From the NCBI GenBank assembly GCA_034530875.2, contig JAVRCJ020000002.1, positions 160,001 to 224,000 on the forward strand: a stretch of DNA of 64,000 nucleotides, in the 5' to 3' direction. The stretch is from Nostoc sp. DedSLP01. Its GTDB lineage: Bacteria; Cyanobacteriota; Cyanobacteriia; Cyanobacteriales; Nostocaceae. Position 1 is the stretch's first letter. Each line of letters opens with the position of its first letter. Position numbers and translations under genes: made by a program. The notes under the pieces are model-generated. The model worked only from the letters and a program-made list of their open reading frames with translations. It ran no database searches and was not told the DNA's origin. Positions 50,289-60,175 of the stretch are shown here, one piece after another.

Positions 50289-51059
50289 TCATTCATTTCC
50301 CAAATACGCTTCAATCACAGCCGGATTATTTCTAACTATAGATGGTTCGCCCAAAGCAATCAATTGTCCAAAATCTAAAACGGCAATGCGATCGCATAAA
50401 CCCATCACTAAAGGTACGTGATGTTCGATCAGTACAATTGTTAAATTAAACTGTTCTCTCAAACTGCGGATAAATTCACTCAGTTGTTGCTTTTCATAGG
50501 GGTTCATTCCCGCAGCTGGTTCATCGAGAAGTAAGATTTGCGGTTCTAGGGCTAACGCACGGGCAATTTCTAGACGGCGTTGGTCGCCATAAGCAAAGTT
50601 TTTCGCTTTTTCCTGGGCGCGATCGCTCAAGCCTACCATATTCAATAATTCCAAAGCTTTTAGTCTGCTTTTTTTCTCTTCCCTACGCGCTTGTCGTAAT
50701 CCCAAAACTCCTGTTAATACATTACTTTTATTATGTAAATGTCGAGCAGTTATTACATTTTCTAACGCTGATAATTCACCAAATAAGCGAATATTTTGAA
50801 AAGTCCGAGCAATACCTAAACCTGCAATTTCATGGGCGCGTAGTTGGGAAATGTTTGTATTTTTATAGCGTAATTCTCCACTAGAAAGTGGAATAAAAGC
50901 TGTAATCAAATTAAATAGTGTTGTTTTCCCAGCACCATTAGGGCCAATCAGTCCAAAAATCTCATGTTGATTGACTGTAAAAGATACATTATTCACCGCC
51001 ACTAAACCTCCAAAGCGGCGAGTCAATGATTTGGCTTCTAAAATAATGTTGTTTGTCAT
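50289..51059 (-). CDS. livG: Branched-chain amino acid ABC transporter ATPase (LivG-like)
   Basis: FGGLVAV, GPNGAGKTT, RTFQNIRLF, YGDQRRLEIARAL, DEPAAG. Confidence 0.92.
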   Translation of the reverse strand: MTNNIILEAKSLTRRFGGLVAVNNVSFTVNQHEIFGLIGPNGAGKTTLFNLITAFIPLSSGELRYKNTNISQLRAHEIAGLGIARTFQNIRLFGELSALENVITARHLHNKSNVLTGVLGLRQARREEKKSRLKALELLNMVGLSDRAQEKAKNFAYGDQRRLEIARALALEPQILLLDEPAAGMNPYEKQQLSEFIRSLREQFNLTIVLIEHHVPLVMGLCDRIAVLDFGQLIALGEPSIVRNNPAVIEAYLGNE

Positions 51060-52582
51060 TGCGCTGCGGCTTTAATCAAATCGGCTGCTTTTTCACCAAT
51101 CATAATTGTCGGTGCATTAGTATTTCCCGTGGTAATAGTTGGCATGATTGATGCATCTACTACACGCAAGCCCGTAACACCATGCACTTTTAGTTCGGGG
51201 TTTACTACTGAATCAGGGTCAGTTCCCATTTTACAAGTGCCGACTGGATGGTATGTACTGTCGCAAGTTTCCCGAATGTAAGCCAGAAGTGTTTCATCAC
51301 TATTATTATCAGCACCAGGGGCTACTTCTTCTCCTCGGAATTCATCAAATACACTTGATTGGAATATCTGCCGCATAATTTTGATTCCTGCTAGCAGCTT
51401 TTGCAAATCAGATTCGCTTTGAAGATAGTTCATCCGAATTAGAGGTGGATCTTTGGGAAAAGCAGAACCCAGACTGACACTACCACGACTTTCCGGATTA
51501 GTCACACATACTGTAGCTGTGAATCCCGGCGCAGAACGCGCATAAGTAGGATGCGTCCACAAAATAGGGCCAGAGAAAAACTGTAAATCTGGCGCAACAT
51601 CTAAACGACCTTCTGTATGCAAGAACAATCCAACTTCTGCAATATTGCTGGTTAAGTCGGGTTGCAAATCCTGTGTTGCTTCGTGTGCTACACCGACTAA
51701 CAAGTGGTCTTGGAGGTTCTGACCGACACCAGGTAAATCAACGATCGCAGCAATGTCCAAAGCCTGTAATTGTTTTGCATTCCCAATTCCAGAGAGCATC
51801 AACAACTTGGGCGAATCGATCGCACCAGCACTTAAAATCACTTCCCGTTCTACCCAAACTTGGTGTATAGTTCCCTGATGGATGTATTCCACCCCTACAG
51901 TCTGCGTTCCCTCAAACAATAACCTAGTAACTAACGCACCAGTCGTAACGGTTAAATTAGGACGCTCCAAAATCGGTAGTAGAAAAGCCGTCGCCGTACT
52001 GTGGCGCTTACCATCTTTAATTGTCAACTGATAAAATCCGGCTCCCTGCTGTTGTCCGCCATTAAAATCAGGATTCTCTTCGTAGCCAAGTCCAACGGCG
52101 GCTTCCACAAATCGGTGTGAAATAACGTTAGGAGCTATGGGATCTGTCACGCTCAAAAATCCATCAACACCGTGAAATTCAGATGTTCCTCGCTGCTGGT
52201 TTTCAGATTTTTGGAAATAGGGCAATACGTCTTGATAACTCCAACCAATATTGCCTAACTTTTCCCAGTAATCATAATCATAACGACTGCCTCGAATATA
52301 AATCATGGCATTAATTGCACTGCTGCCACCCAAGACTTTGCCCCGCGGACAATAGATTTTACGGTTATTAATATATGGTTCTTCTTCTGTAAAATATGCC
52401 CAGTCCGCTTCTGTACCCCAAAGTTTTATCCAGCCTACAGGAAGTTCGTGTTCTGGTAGGTTAGGCGGATTGCCTGCTTCCAATAACAATACTGTTGTTT
52501 CGGCATCTTCCGTTAACCGATTAGCAACGACACAACCCGCCGAACCCGCACCAATGACAACATGATCGTATTTGGTCTTCAT
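51056..52582 (-). CDS. GMC-family FAD oxidoreductase (choline dehydrogenase-like)
   Basis: GAGSAG, RGKVLGGSSAINAMIY, GQNLQDH, YHPVGTCKMG, GNTNAP. Confidence 0.93.
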   Translation of the reverse strand: MKTKYDHVVIGAGSAGCVVANRLTEDAETTVLLLEAGNPPNLPEHELPVGWIKLWGTEADWAYFTEEEPYINNRKIYCPRGKVLGGSSAINAMIYIRGSRYDYDYWEKLGNIGWSYQDVLPYFQKSENQQRGTSEFHGVDGFLSVTDPIAPNVISHRFVEAAVGLGYEENPDFNGGQQQGAGFYQLTIKDGKRHSTATAFLLPILERPNLTVTTGALVTRLLFEGTQTVGVEYIHQGTIHQVWVEREVILSAGAIDSPKLLMLSGIGNAKQLQALDIAAIVDLPGVGQNLQDHLLVGVAHEATQDLQPDLTSNIAEVGLFLHTEGRLDVAPDLQFFSGPILWTHPTYARSAPGFTATVCVTNPESRGSVSLGSAFPKDPPLIRMNYLQSESDLQKLLAGIKIMRQIFQSSVFDEFRGEEVAPGADNNSDETLLAYIRETCDSTYHPVGTCKMGTDPDSVVNPELKVHGVTGLRVVDASIMPTITTGNTNAPTIMIGEKAADLIKAAAQ

Positions 52583-52605
52583 AATAATTGGTCTATTTGT
52601 GTTTG

Positions 52606-53568
52606 TTAACTTGTTTGTCTTGAAGTTTTTAAAATTAAATTTTTCAATAATTTTTTACACTTTTTCAAAATATCTGGAGTCACAAACCCTTGAGGAAAAA
52701 ATATAGTACCTAGCACTATTAACAATCCATAAATAATTAGTCTTCCATCTCGTAAAAATTGCGCTAACCAAATAGGTAAACCTGCTATATCGGCTATTCT
52801 GCGTAAAATAATTTCTAATAAAACTTTCAAGACAACAGCGCCTACTACCGAACCTAAAAAAGTTCTCGAACCGCCAATTAATACAATCGTTAAATAGGTA
52901 ATGCTGGCATCAAAAGTACCTTGTCGAGCATTCCAGGTATTAAGGAAATGAGCGCTGATGACACCGACAATTCCCGCAAGAATTGCTCCGAGAGTAAAAG
53001 CTAAAACTTTGTAGTAAGTTGGGTTAATTCCCATTGCACTGGCGGCTAATTCATCTTCGCGGATGGCGATGAATGCCCTACCCGTGCGAATGCGTTCTAA
53101 ACGGTAAAATAACACCATACTAATTAATAGTAATGGCAGCGCAATCCATAAATATTGCAGTTGGGTTGAAAATGGTTGAGGAATACCAAAAATTCCGACA
53201 GCACCGCCTGTAATATCTAAATTTAATGATACAACTCGTAATACTTCTACAAAGGCAATAGTGGCGATCGCTAAATAAATTCCCCGCAATCGTAACGCTG
53301 GAATTCCCACTACTATAGCCAATATACCAGACACTAAACCAGCAATTACCATTTCCAATAAAAGAAATGGAATCGGAAATGAATTATTAGTAGATGTAAA
53401 AACTTTTGTCGATAAAATTGCTGCAATATATCCACCTAAAGCATAGAATCCCGGACTAGCCAAAGACAATTGTCCAGCCATCAACGGTAAATAAAGCGAT
53501 AGTCCTAATAAAGCCTCCAATACCATGTAGACTATTGGCGATTCATAAGTAGAAAAAAATTCAGCCAT
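52606..53568 (-). CDS. livM: Branched-chain amino acid ABC transporter permease (LivM-like)
   Basis: GQLSLA, LRLRGIYLAIAT, GRAFIAIREDELAA. Confidence 0.9.
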   Translation of the reverse strand: MAEFFSTYESPIVYMVLEALLGLSLYLPLMAGQLSLASPGFYALGGYIAAILSTKVFTSTNNSFPIPFLLLEMVIAGLVSGILAIVVGIPALRLRGIYLAIATIAFVEVLRVVSLNLDITGGAVGIFGIPQPFSTQLQYLWIALPLLLISMVLFYRLERIRTGRAFIAIREDELAASAMGINPTYYKVLAFTLGAILAGIVGVISAHFLNTWNARQGTFDASITYLTIVLIGGSRTFLGSVVGAVVLKVLLEIILRRIADIAGLPIWLAQFLRDGRLIIYGLLIVLGTIFFPQGFVTPDILKKCKKLLKNLILKTSRQTS

Positions 53569-53741
53569 TGTAAAATATTTTGATTAAGGAGTCAGGAGTC
53601 AGAATTCAGGAGTCAGAAGTAAAAGTATTTAAATATCCCATCCAATTTTCAATCTGGTAGTCTACAATTAGTGGCGGGTCTAAATCTCCTACTAATTAAT
53701 TCTGAATTTTGAGTTCTCTATTCTGTATTCTGTATTCTTCT

Positions 53742-54344
53742 TCAAGCTGTTAATATTTGCTCTGCTGTCAGCGCTAATTCAGGAAAAGTTCGTGAGACAA
53801 TTCGCTCAGAACCTCTAAAGTGTGTGCGTTGGTATTTACCCTCAGCATCTAATAGAAAAACAAATACAGTTGGAATTTTAGGATTTCCTAAATACTCTCT
53901 CGAACCAATTGCTAAATAATCTACAATCCAATATTCTGTAATCCCTAAGCGTTGGTATTCATCTAATTTATCAATGTAGTCATCTTCCCAATTAGTTGAT
54001 GTTACCTCTACCGCTAACTGGATGGGTTCTTCAAGTGCGGAATAAGCAGAACGATTTGAGCGCCATACATCTTTATCTATCACGCTGACATCAGGCTTAC
54101 GTCCTTGTTCTATGCCATTGGCGGTTATAGTTTTTAAAACTGCTGTGTTTTTTACTACGTAATTCAGATTTATTCGCCTAATTTCATCATTGAAGCCAAA
54201 GAATAAAAAATCAGCAACATCATCATGATTTCTCGTTGCACGCACTTCTACAATTTCTCCATTCACAAGTTCATATAAACCTTCCTCTGGACACTGTTCC
54301 AAAAAATCATCAAAAGTTAGTTTTTGTTTGGTGGATGTTTTCAT
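53742..54344 (-). CDS. Uma2-family endonuclease
   Basis: YELVNGEI, RKPDVSV, LAVEVTS, KLDEYQRLGITEYWIVD. Confidence 0.9.
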   Translation of the reverse strand: MKTSTKQKLTFDDFLEQCPEEGLYELVNGEIVEVRATRNHDDVADFLFFGFNDEIRRINLNYVVKNTAVLKTITANGIEQGRKPDVSVIDKDVWRSNRSAYSALEEPIQLAVEVTSTNWEDDYIDKLDEYQRLGITEYWIVDYLAIGSREYLGNPKIPTVFVFLLDAEGKYQRTHFRGSERIVSRTFPELALTAEQILTA

Positions 54345-54358
54345 AGTGCTACGTCTGT

Positions 54359-55309
54359 TTAAACTTTCTGAATAAATCGACGACCTAGCAAACCTTGGGG
54401 TCTAACTAACAACATGATAAATAATATTCCGTAGGCTACAGCGTCTTTGTAACCGGAATATTCCGCCGGCACAAAGGCTTCAACTAATCCAATCAGTAAT
54501 CCTCCTAAAACTGCGCCGGGAATACTACCCAAACCACCCAAGACAATTACTGCTAAACCTCTCAAACCAAAGGCAATACCGAAATACGGCCCGGCAATAC
54601 TAACACTAGAAGCGACTAAAGTTCCTGCTAATCCTGCTAAGAAACTGCTGATAAAGAATGTTAAGACGATAAAGCGATCGCTATTAATTCCTAATAAACT
54701 CGCAGTAATTGGATCTTCAGCGATCGCTTGCATTGCTTTACCATATTTTGTCCGATTGATAAAATAGCTGAGAATTGCCACAATCGTCACTGATACAGCA
54801 AAAATTATTATCTGAACGGTGCGAATTGGAATTTCCTGCTCTTGAGTACCAAAGTTAATCGAAGGTGGCAAATTACCGTAAGTATTTGCTGGGTAAGTGT
54901 AACTTTCTGCGCCTACTAAATACTGGATTAAATTTACAATTACTACTGCTACTCCCAAACTCGAAACAACAGTCAGTAAAGGATCGGATCCTTGACGCCG
55001 CAGGGGTTGAAAAGCAAACCGTTCCATTACTACCCCAACTAACCCCGCTAAGCTACTTCCTATAATTAAGGCTAAAGCAAATGGTAATTTTATCGGCAAG
55101 GCTGCATTAGCTAATAAGCCATTAAATCCAAAGTTACCGCCCATGAGTGCATAAGTAAAATATGCACCCAAGGTAAAAATCGCTCCATGAGCTAAATTAA
55201 TGATGCCCAAAATGGAATAAACCAAGGTATATCCTAAGGCAAAAATCGCATATACGCTGCCAATGGATAAGCCGTTTAATAATTGCTGCAAAAATATAGT
55301 TATATTCAT
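54359..55309 (-). CDS. livH: Branched-chain amino acid ABC transporter permease (LivH-like)
   Basis: QQLLNGLSIGSVYA, INLAHG, GGLGSIPGA, RPQGLLG. Confidence 0.92.
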   Translation of the reverse strand: MNITIFLQQLLNGLSIGSVYAIFALGYTLVYSILGIINLAHGAIFTLGAYFTYALMGGNFGFNGLLANAALPIKLPFALALIIGSSLAGLVGVVMERFAFQPLRRQGSDPLLTVVSSLGVAVVIVNLIQYLVGAESYTYPANTYGNLPPSINFGTQEQEIPIRTVQIIIFAVSVTIVAILSYFINRTKYGKAMQAIAEDPITASLLGINSDRFIVLTFFISSFLAGLAGTLVASSVSIAGPYFGIAFGLRGLAVIVLGGLGSIPGAVLGGLLIGLVEAFVPAEYSGYKDAVAYGILFIMLLVRPQGLLGRRFIQKV

Positions 55310-55316
55310 CTAGCAA

Positions 55317-56561
55317 CTATTTCAAAAATGTAAATTTACCTTGACTTCCATCTTTTTCCATTTTGATTTGCGCTACATAGAAATCTTTTTGCACAACCTC
55401 ACCCACTGGAGTAAATCCAAGTTCGCCCAGCGGTGTATTGTATTTTCCAGTGAGTATTTCTTTATTTAATTGCGTCCGTAATTCTGGTAGCTGTAATTTA
55501 TTAACTTTGCTCTTATTATCTAAAGCTTTCAGTGCTTCGACATAAACTTGCACTGCTGCAAAAGCTTGGGCGCTAAATTGGGGTGGTTCTTTCTTATATT
55601 CGTCAACATAAGCTCTGCGAAATGCTGCATTAATCTCGCCTGGATGTTCTGGACTGTAAGCTTGAGCAATCAATACACCATCACAAAGTGCTTTACAAAC
55701 AGGCAATATATTTGATGTATTTAGACCGTTACCACCAACAATTAAACCTTTATAACCAAGTTCTCGCAATTGTCGGACTAAATTACCGCCATCAGCAGCC
55801 AATCCAGAAATAATAACTAAATCTGGCTTGAGATTAATTGCATTGGTAGCTTGGCTTTGAAAATCTGTATCGCTAGTTTGGAATTTTTGAACTGTAACTA
55901 ATTCCAGTCCTTGATCCTTAACTGTTTGCTGAAAAATCTCAGTTTCAGATTTGCTAAATGCATCATTTTGAGCATAGAAAACTGCGACTTTTTTAATTTG
56001 AGGGTTTTGCTTGAGGGCAGCTTTTACTGAATTAGGAGCCACAACCGAAACCGGCGCGGAAACACGAGCAACATAATCACCAATTTCCGGAATATTTTTG
56101 GCAGTATTTGACGGGCCAATAATTGGTACTTTTGCACGTTCGGCAAGGGGGTCGGCACTAAAGGCTTGCTGTGATAAAGTAGGCCCAACAATACCAATAA
56201 CTTTATCTTTATTAATTAAAGTTTGAACAGCGTTAATTGCTCCTGCTTCATCACCGCTAGTATCTTGAAATACTAATTTAATTGGAGTACCATTGATACC
56301 ACCCTTAGCATTGAAATACTTCTCGGCAATTTTGACTCCAGCGACTTGTTCTTGACCCAATAATGCTACATTGCTAGTTTGAGCAACAGCAATACCAATA
56401 GGAATTGCACCCGATGATGTTTCTGTTGTCGCTGCGGCATTAGCTGGAGTGCTATTCGCAGTACTTTGAGGATTGACGCTAGTAGTGTCACTACCACATG
56501 CTGTAAGTAGCAAACTACAACTTGATAAAAATGCTGTGATCCCAAAAAACGTGTTTTTCAT
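55317..56561 (-). CDS. Branched-chain amino acid ABC transporter substrate-binding lipoprotein
   Basis: Lipobox LTAC; N..GGING.PIKLV; periplasmic binding protein type 1 pattern. Confidence 0.9.
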   Translation of the reverse strand: MKNTFFGITAFLSSCSLLLTACGSDTTSVNPQSTANSTPANAAATTETSSGAIPIGIAVAQTSNVALLGQEQVAGVKIAEKYFNAKGGINGTPIKLVFQDTSGDEAGAINAVQTLINKDKVIGIVGPTLSQQAFSADPLAERAKVPIIGPSNTAKNIPEIGDYVARVSAPVSVVAPNSVKAALKQNPQIKKVAVFYAQNDAFSKSETEIFQQTVKDQGLELVTVQKFQTSDTDFQSQATNAINLKPDLVIISGLAADGGNLVRQLRELGYKGLIVGGNGLNTSNILPVCKALCDGVLIAQAYSPEHPGEINAAFRRAYVDEYKKEPPQFSAQAFAAVQVYVEALKALDNKSKVNKLQLPELRTQLNKEILTGKYNTPLGELGFTPVGEVVQKDFYVAQIKMEKDGSQGKFTFLK

Positions 56562-57001
56562 CGTTAAATAATCATCTAGTTATTAGATAATTTGCAAAAA
56601 TTAAAAGTAAAAGTTAGAATCTGCGAACAAAATGAGGCAGATTTAGACTTTTGCAAGAATTAAACCTAGAATTCACAATAGGTTACGTCCTGCTATGCTC
56701 ATAGCAGTAAAACAGGCTTGATGTTTAGTTATCAAACCCAATTAGCGTAACTTACTCAGTTGAAATCTGCTGTATATTAAATCATTTTTATTTGACCATA
56801 CAAAGACAAATATTCAAAGTGTTTGTAAATACAAATTCTAGCAGGCAACGATTTTATCACCCCCAGGTTCAATCTGGGAATGTAGTACTAATATTCTTAT
56901 AATTCTTCAACTATCCTAAATTCTGGCTCTCCAAAGCTTCGATTAAAGGAAGCCTTTGTTGGAGACGCTACGCGAACTGCTCGAACTTCTCTGTAAAATT
57001 C

Positions 57002-57394
57002 TTACGCCTTTTTTTGATTGCTAGCTAATTCTTTCGGCTCGTAGTGACGACAACCGTTACATGGCCCGTCAGGATTCACGGCACAGCGGATGTAACCAGA
57101 TCGGGCATTATATTTACAGCTGATGTCGCCAATTAGGTAACCCACCCCTTCTAAATAATAGCGATCGCCTTCTGGTGATGTGAAGTTTTGCCCTTGCCGC
57201 ATTCGTGGGAAATTCATCGCTGCTTGTCTCATCCGTAAACGCGTTCGCGATCGCGTTTTGCGGATTACCCACAACGAAAACAGGGACGGTAAAAAACCAA
57301 TGGCAATTACTAAAAGTGTCTTTAACACCTTCTTTTTACCTCTTTTTAACACCGATCGTCCGCAATCTTGCACTTTGCTTTTACAAAAGCGCAA
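57002..57394 (-). CDS. Conserved hypothetical protein with Cys-rich C-terminus (DUF6464-like); true start may be downstream
   Basis: One TM segment; IGDISCKYNARSGYIRCAVNPDGPCNGCRHYE. Confidence 0.75.
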   Translation of the reverse strand: MRFCKSKVQDCGRSVLKRGKKKVLKTLLVIAIGFLPSLFSLWVIRKTRSRTRLRMRQAAMNFPRMRQGQNFTSPEGDRYYLEGVGYLIGDISCKYNARSGYIRCAVNPDGPCNGCRHYEPKELASNQKKA

Positions 57395-57673
57395 ATCTCC
57401 GGGCAGATGTGCCGATTGCTACTAACTGTGGTTGCAACTAGCAATGGCAACGTGGTAACTGGCAATTTTAAGAATATTTTCCTTCTACCACTTCAATCAG
57501 CATAACTTTTACAACCTCAGAGGTGGGTTGCCTTTAAATGGCGATCGCTTTAAGATTTGTTGACTAACGTCAGCAAGAAAGCAACAGGTTTTTCCTTCCT
57601 GTTGCTTTCTAGATGTAATTACCAGGTTTGAGTCTCCTACGAATTGAGCGTGTCACTTAATTCGTAGTACGCC

Positions 57674-58198
57674 TTAGTGGGAGTTCAAAGTCCCGATCAT
57701 ACAAAGTCTCCGTTCCCTATTCGCCGTTCCTTGTTCCCTTTTACTCGCATCCTTGTTTTTTCTGTGTCGTTGGGATGCTAATCTTTTTTTCGTTTGCTGA
57801 CGAAGTTGCTGTGCTAAAAGTGCTGCTTCCCTTTCTGCTCGGAATAAATCAACTCTTCGCGTGGTCAAAATAAAAGACTTGTCTGATTTTTGTCTGACAC
57901 AGGGGACGCTAACTGCTAAATACTCACAAATATTTTTACGTGGTTTCGGCTTGATGAGTGAATAACGTTTTTGCGTATTGAGCGTATTAGCGATCGCTTT
58001 CAACTCCATTATCGCGGCTTCTAGCTCCCCTGCCATCCGGTTGATACGTTCAACTTGCGCCGCTAAACGTTCCTCATCGCTAATGATTTTTTCCTCTTGC
58101 GGTTGTAATGGCGCTATGGCAGTAGTTACAGATGTCGGCTGCAACAGGGAAACTTTTGCGGAAATAGGCTGTTTGTAGCTGTCTTGGATTTTTTTCAT
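57674..58198 (-). CDS. Hypothetical basic coiled-coil protein
   Basis: 174-aa ORF with GAGG RBS upstream; coiled coil and VDLFRAEREA motif. Confidence 0.72.
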   Translation of the reverse strand: MKKIQDSYKQPISAKVSLLQPTSVTTAIAPLQPQEEKIISDEERLAAQVERINRMAGELEAAIMELKAIANTLNTQKRYSLIKPKPRKNICEYLAVSVPCVRQKSDKSFILTTRRVDLFRAEREAALLAQQLRQQTKKRLASQRHRKNKDASKREQGTANRERRLCMIGTLNSH

Positions 58199-58248
58199 AC
58201 TACCTCAAACAAGGCTAGCTGACTTGTAAGGCATTTTAGCAGCAAAGC

Positions 58249-58262
58249 AGTACATTTGTACT
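58249..58262. promoter_or_regulatory. Cyanobacterial LexA-type box
   Basis: AGTAC-ATT-TGTACT fits the RGTAC-N3-DGTWCB consensus; 50 bp upstream of the gene starting at 58198. Confidence 0.7.
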
Positions 58263-58460
58263 GTAAAATTTTATATATGAGGTTTAATGTGAAGGAAAAA
58301 GGCAGCAATTATACCAATTCATTTATTATTGGCGACCGAGTGAGAAAATTTTACACAGAATAAGCATAGATAATCGTAGGGGCGCACAGCTAGCTGTGCG
58401 CCCCTATTTGTGTGCTTTATCGGGAAAGGCAGAGGGCAGGAGGCAGAAGGCTTTTATGAA

Positions 58461-58676
58461 TTAACTATTAGCGGTTCGATAATCAGCATCCAACCAACAG
58501 CGTGGTAAATCTTCACCAGAAGGAAAAACGAGATTTTCTTTTTTAAAAGTATCGGCTTGCTGTTCTTCTTGGCCTTCTTGGTCTTTTGCACGAACAACAT
58601 CAGTATTAGGGTCGAGTAATTCTTCAATTTCTACAATTTTGACCAATTCACCACTGTCTTTGATTTGTAAAAGCAT
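58461..58676 (-). CDS. Small conserved hypothetical protein
   Basis: 71 aa; QEGQEEQ...LVFPSGEDLPRCW motif. Confidence 0.8.
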   Translation of the reverse strand: MLLQIKDSGELVKIVEIEELLDPNTDVVRAKDQEGQEEQQADTFKKENLVFPSGEDLPRCWLDADYRTANS

Positions 58677-58778
58677 ATAATTAGCCTCAATAAATTTACA
58701 TGGAAAATTACGACGAGTTTCAATACAAACTCGTCAAAGGCAGAGAATTTATTCTGATACGTTAATTCTGACTACCGA

Positions 58779-59087
58779 TTAAATTTCGCGTTGGTATTTT
58801 TCCAAAATATCTACTAAATTGACTTGGCATTGCAACGGTAGCAAGTCAATTAAAGGTAGTTCGCGTTTGCCGCCACCAATTTTTACGGGGATGGATTCCA
58901 ACACTTGTTTAACTTTGTCTTCATTTACAGTGTTGGAAGTAATTAAAGGATATAGTTTTTCAGCAACAATTGTATGCAGTTTGGCATTAGATAAATAAAG
59001 ATGCCATTTGGCGACGTCTATATAGACGTTTTCACCAATTTCAGCTGCTAGGGCTTCCAGTAGTTCTGTGGTGTTAGTCTTAGCCAT
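58779..59087 (-). CDS. Conserved cyanobacterial hypothetical protein (DUF3181-like)
   Basis: IGENVYIDVAKWHLYL, IGGGKRELPL; start placed at MAKTN. Confidence 0.8.
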   Translation of the reverse strand: MAKTNTTELLEALAAEIGENVYIDVAKWHLYLSNAKLHTIVAEKLYPLITSNTVNEDKVKQVLESIPVKIGGGKRELPLIDLLPLQCQVNLVDILEKYQREI

Positions 59088-59208
59088 AAAAATAACCCTA
59101 CTTTGAGAAAGAGCGCGAAATTCCAAGCTCTATTTAGATTATGGCTCAATTCACGAGGCTGATTCTACTGCCACAGGTTACAATCGCCCTAGCATCAGCA
59201 GTCCATCT

Positions 59209-59466
59209 TCAGGTGGATTTGGGCGGTGTTTCGGTGTAGTTGGCGATCGCAGCAATATAAATTAGATGTCCCAACAATATTACTAGCCAACTAACAGTCA
59301 ACCAGGGCAGCCACTCCCAATTAGTTCCTTTCAAATTGTGGAAGAACCACAAGCCAGAATTAATAGTAGCAGCGATCGCCACATGCACGGCAAAATTCAT
59401 TCGGTCATCGATTTTGCGGTACTCTGGGTCATTGCGATCGGGTTTGCGAGGCCAACGAGGAGGCAT
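59209..59466 (-). CDS. Small two-TM conserved protein
   Basis: MPPRWPRKPDR..DDRMNFAVH; two hydrophobic segments. Confidence 0.82.
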   Translation of the reverse strand: MPPRWPRKPDRNDPEYRKIDDRMNFAVHVAIAATINSGLWFFHNLKGTNWEWLPWLTVSWLVILLGHLIYIAAIANYTETPPKST

Positions 59467-59527
59467 AAATATTTGTTACAGATTTAAATACACCCTACTC
59501 ATTCTAAGGTTTTTGCAGCTGCCCTTG

Positions 59528-60022
59528 CTAATAATCTCCTGATTTACCGCCAGTTTTACTAATTAACCTAATTGATTCAATTTGAATCGACTTTTCTAAA
59601 GCTTTGGCCATATCGTATAAAGTTAAAGCAGCAACAGAAACGGCAGTTAAAGCTTCCATCTCTACACCAGTCTCGGCTTTAGTTTTGACTGTGGCTTGAA
59701 TTTCATAACCGGGTAGTTCGGCATCGGGGATAACCTCGATCGCAATTTTTTGCAATGGTAAGGGATGACATAAGGGAATTAAAGTCGCTGTTTGCTTGGC
59801 TGCCATAATTCCAGCCAACCTCACAGTCCCCAACACATCGCCTTTTGGCACATTTCCGGCTTGAATTGCAGCAAAGGTTGTCGGCAGCATCCGCACCTTG
59901 GCTGCCGCTACTGCTTGGCGAACGGTGGCTGCTTTTTCAGACACATCGACCATTTGTGCTTGCCCTCGCTCGTCTAGATGGCTTAGGTTGGCAGAATTAG
60001 ATGAAAAATTATCTTGCGTCAT
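59528..60022 (-). CDS. moaC: Cyclic pyranopterin monophosphate synthase MoaC
   Basis: [42 protein letters not shown]. Confidence 0.96.
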   Translation of the reverse strand: MTQDNFSSNSANLSHLDERGQAQMVDVSEKAATVRQAVAAAKVRMLPTTFAAIQAGNVPKGDVLGTVRLAGIMAAKQTATLIPLCHPLPLQKIAIEVIPDAELPGYEIQATVKTKAETGVEMEALTAVSVAALTLYDMAKALEKSIQIESIRLISKTGGKSGDY

Positions 60023-60056
60023 TTAAGAACAACGTGTTAATATAATTTCTTGTCAA

Positions 60057-60130
60057 GGGCGTGTAGCTCAGTGGACTAGAGCACGTGGCTACGGACCACG
60101 GTGTCGGGGGTTCGAATCCCTCCTCGCCCG
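60057..60130 (+). tRNA. tRNA-Arg(ACG)
   Basis: Canonical cloverleaf; anticodon arm CGTGG-CT-ACG-GA-CCACG; T loop TTCGAAT; TATAAT at 60041-60046. Confidence 0.96.
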
Positions 60131-60175
60131 TTTTTTAAAGTTAGGAGCTATCGATTAAAGCTCCTGACTTTTCAC

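Noticed and set aside
56884..56897. Second LexA-like box (AGTACTAATATTCT)
   Set aside because: The right half-site mismatches the consensus at a key G and lies far from any start codon
60057..60130. tRNA-Arg as an integration site for a prophage or island
   Set aside because: No integrase nearby and no duplicated tRNA 3' end was seen in the window
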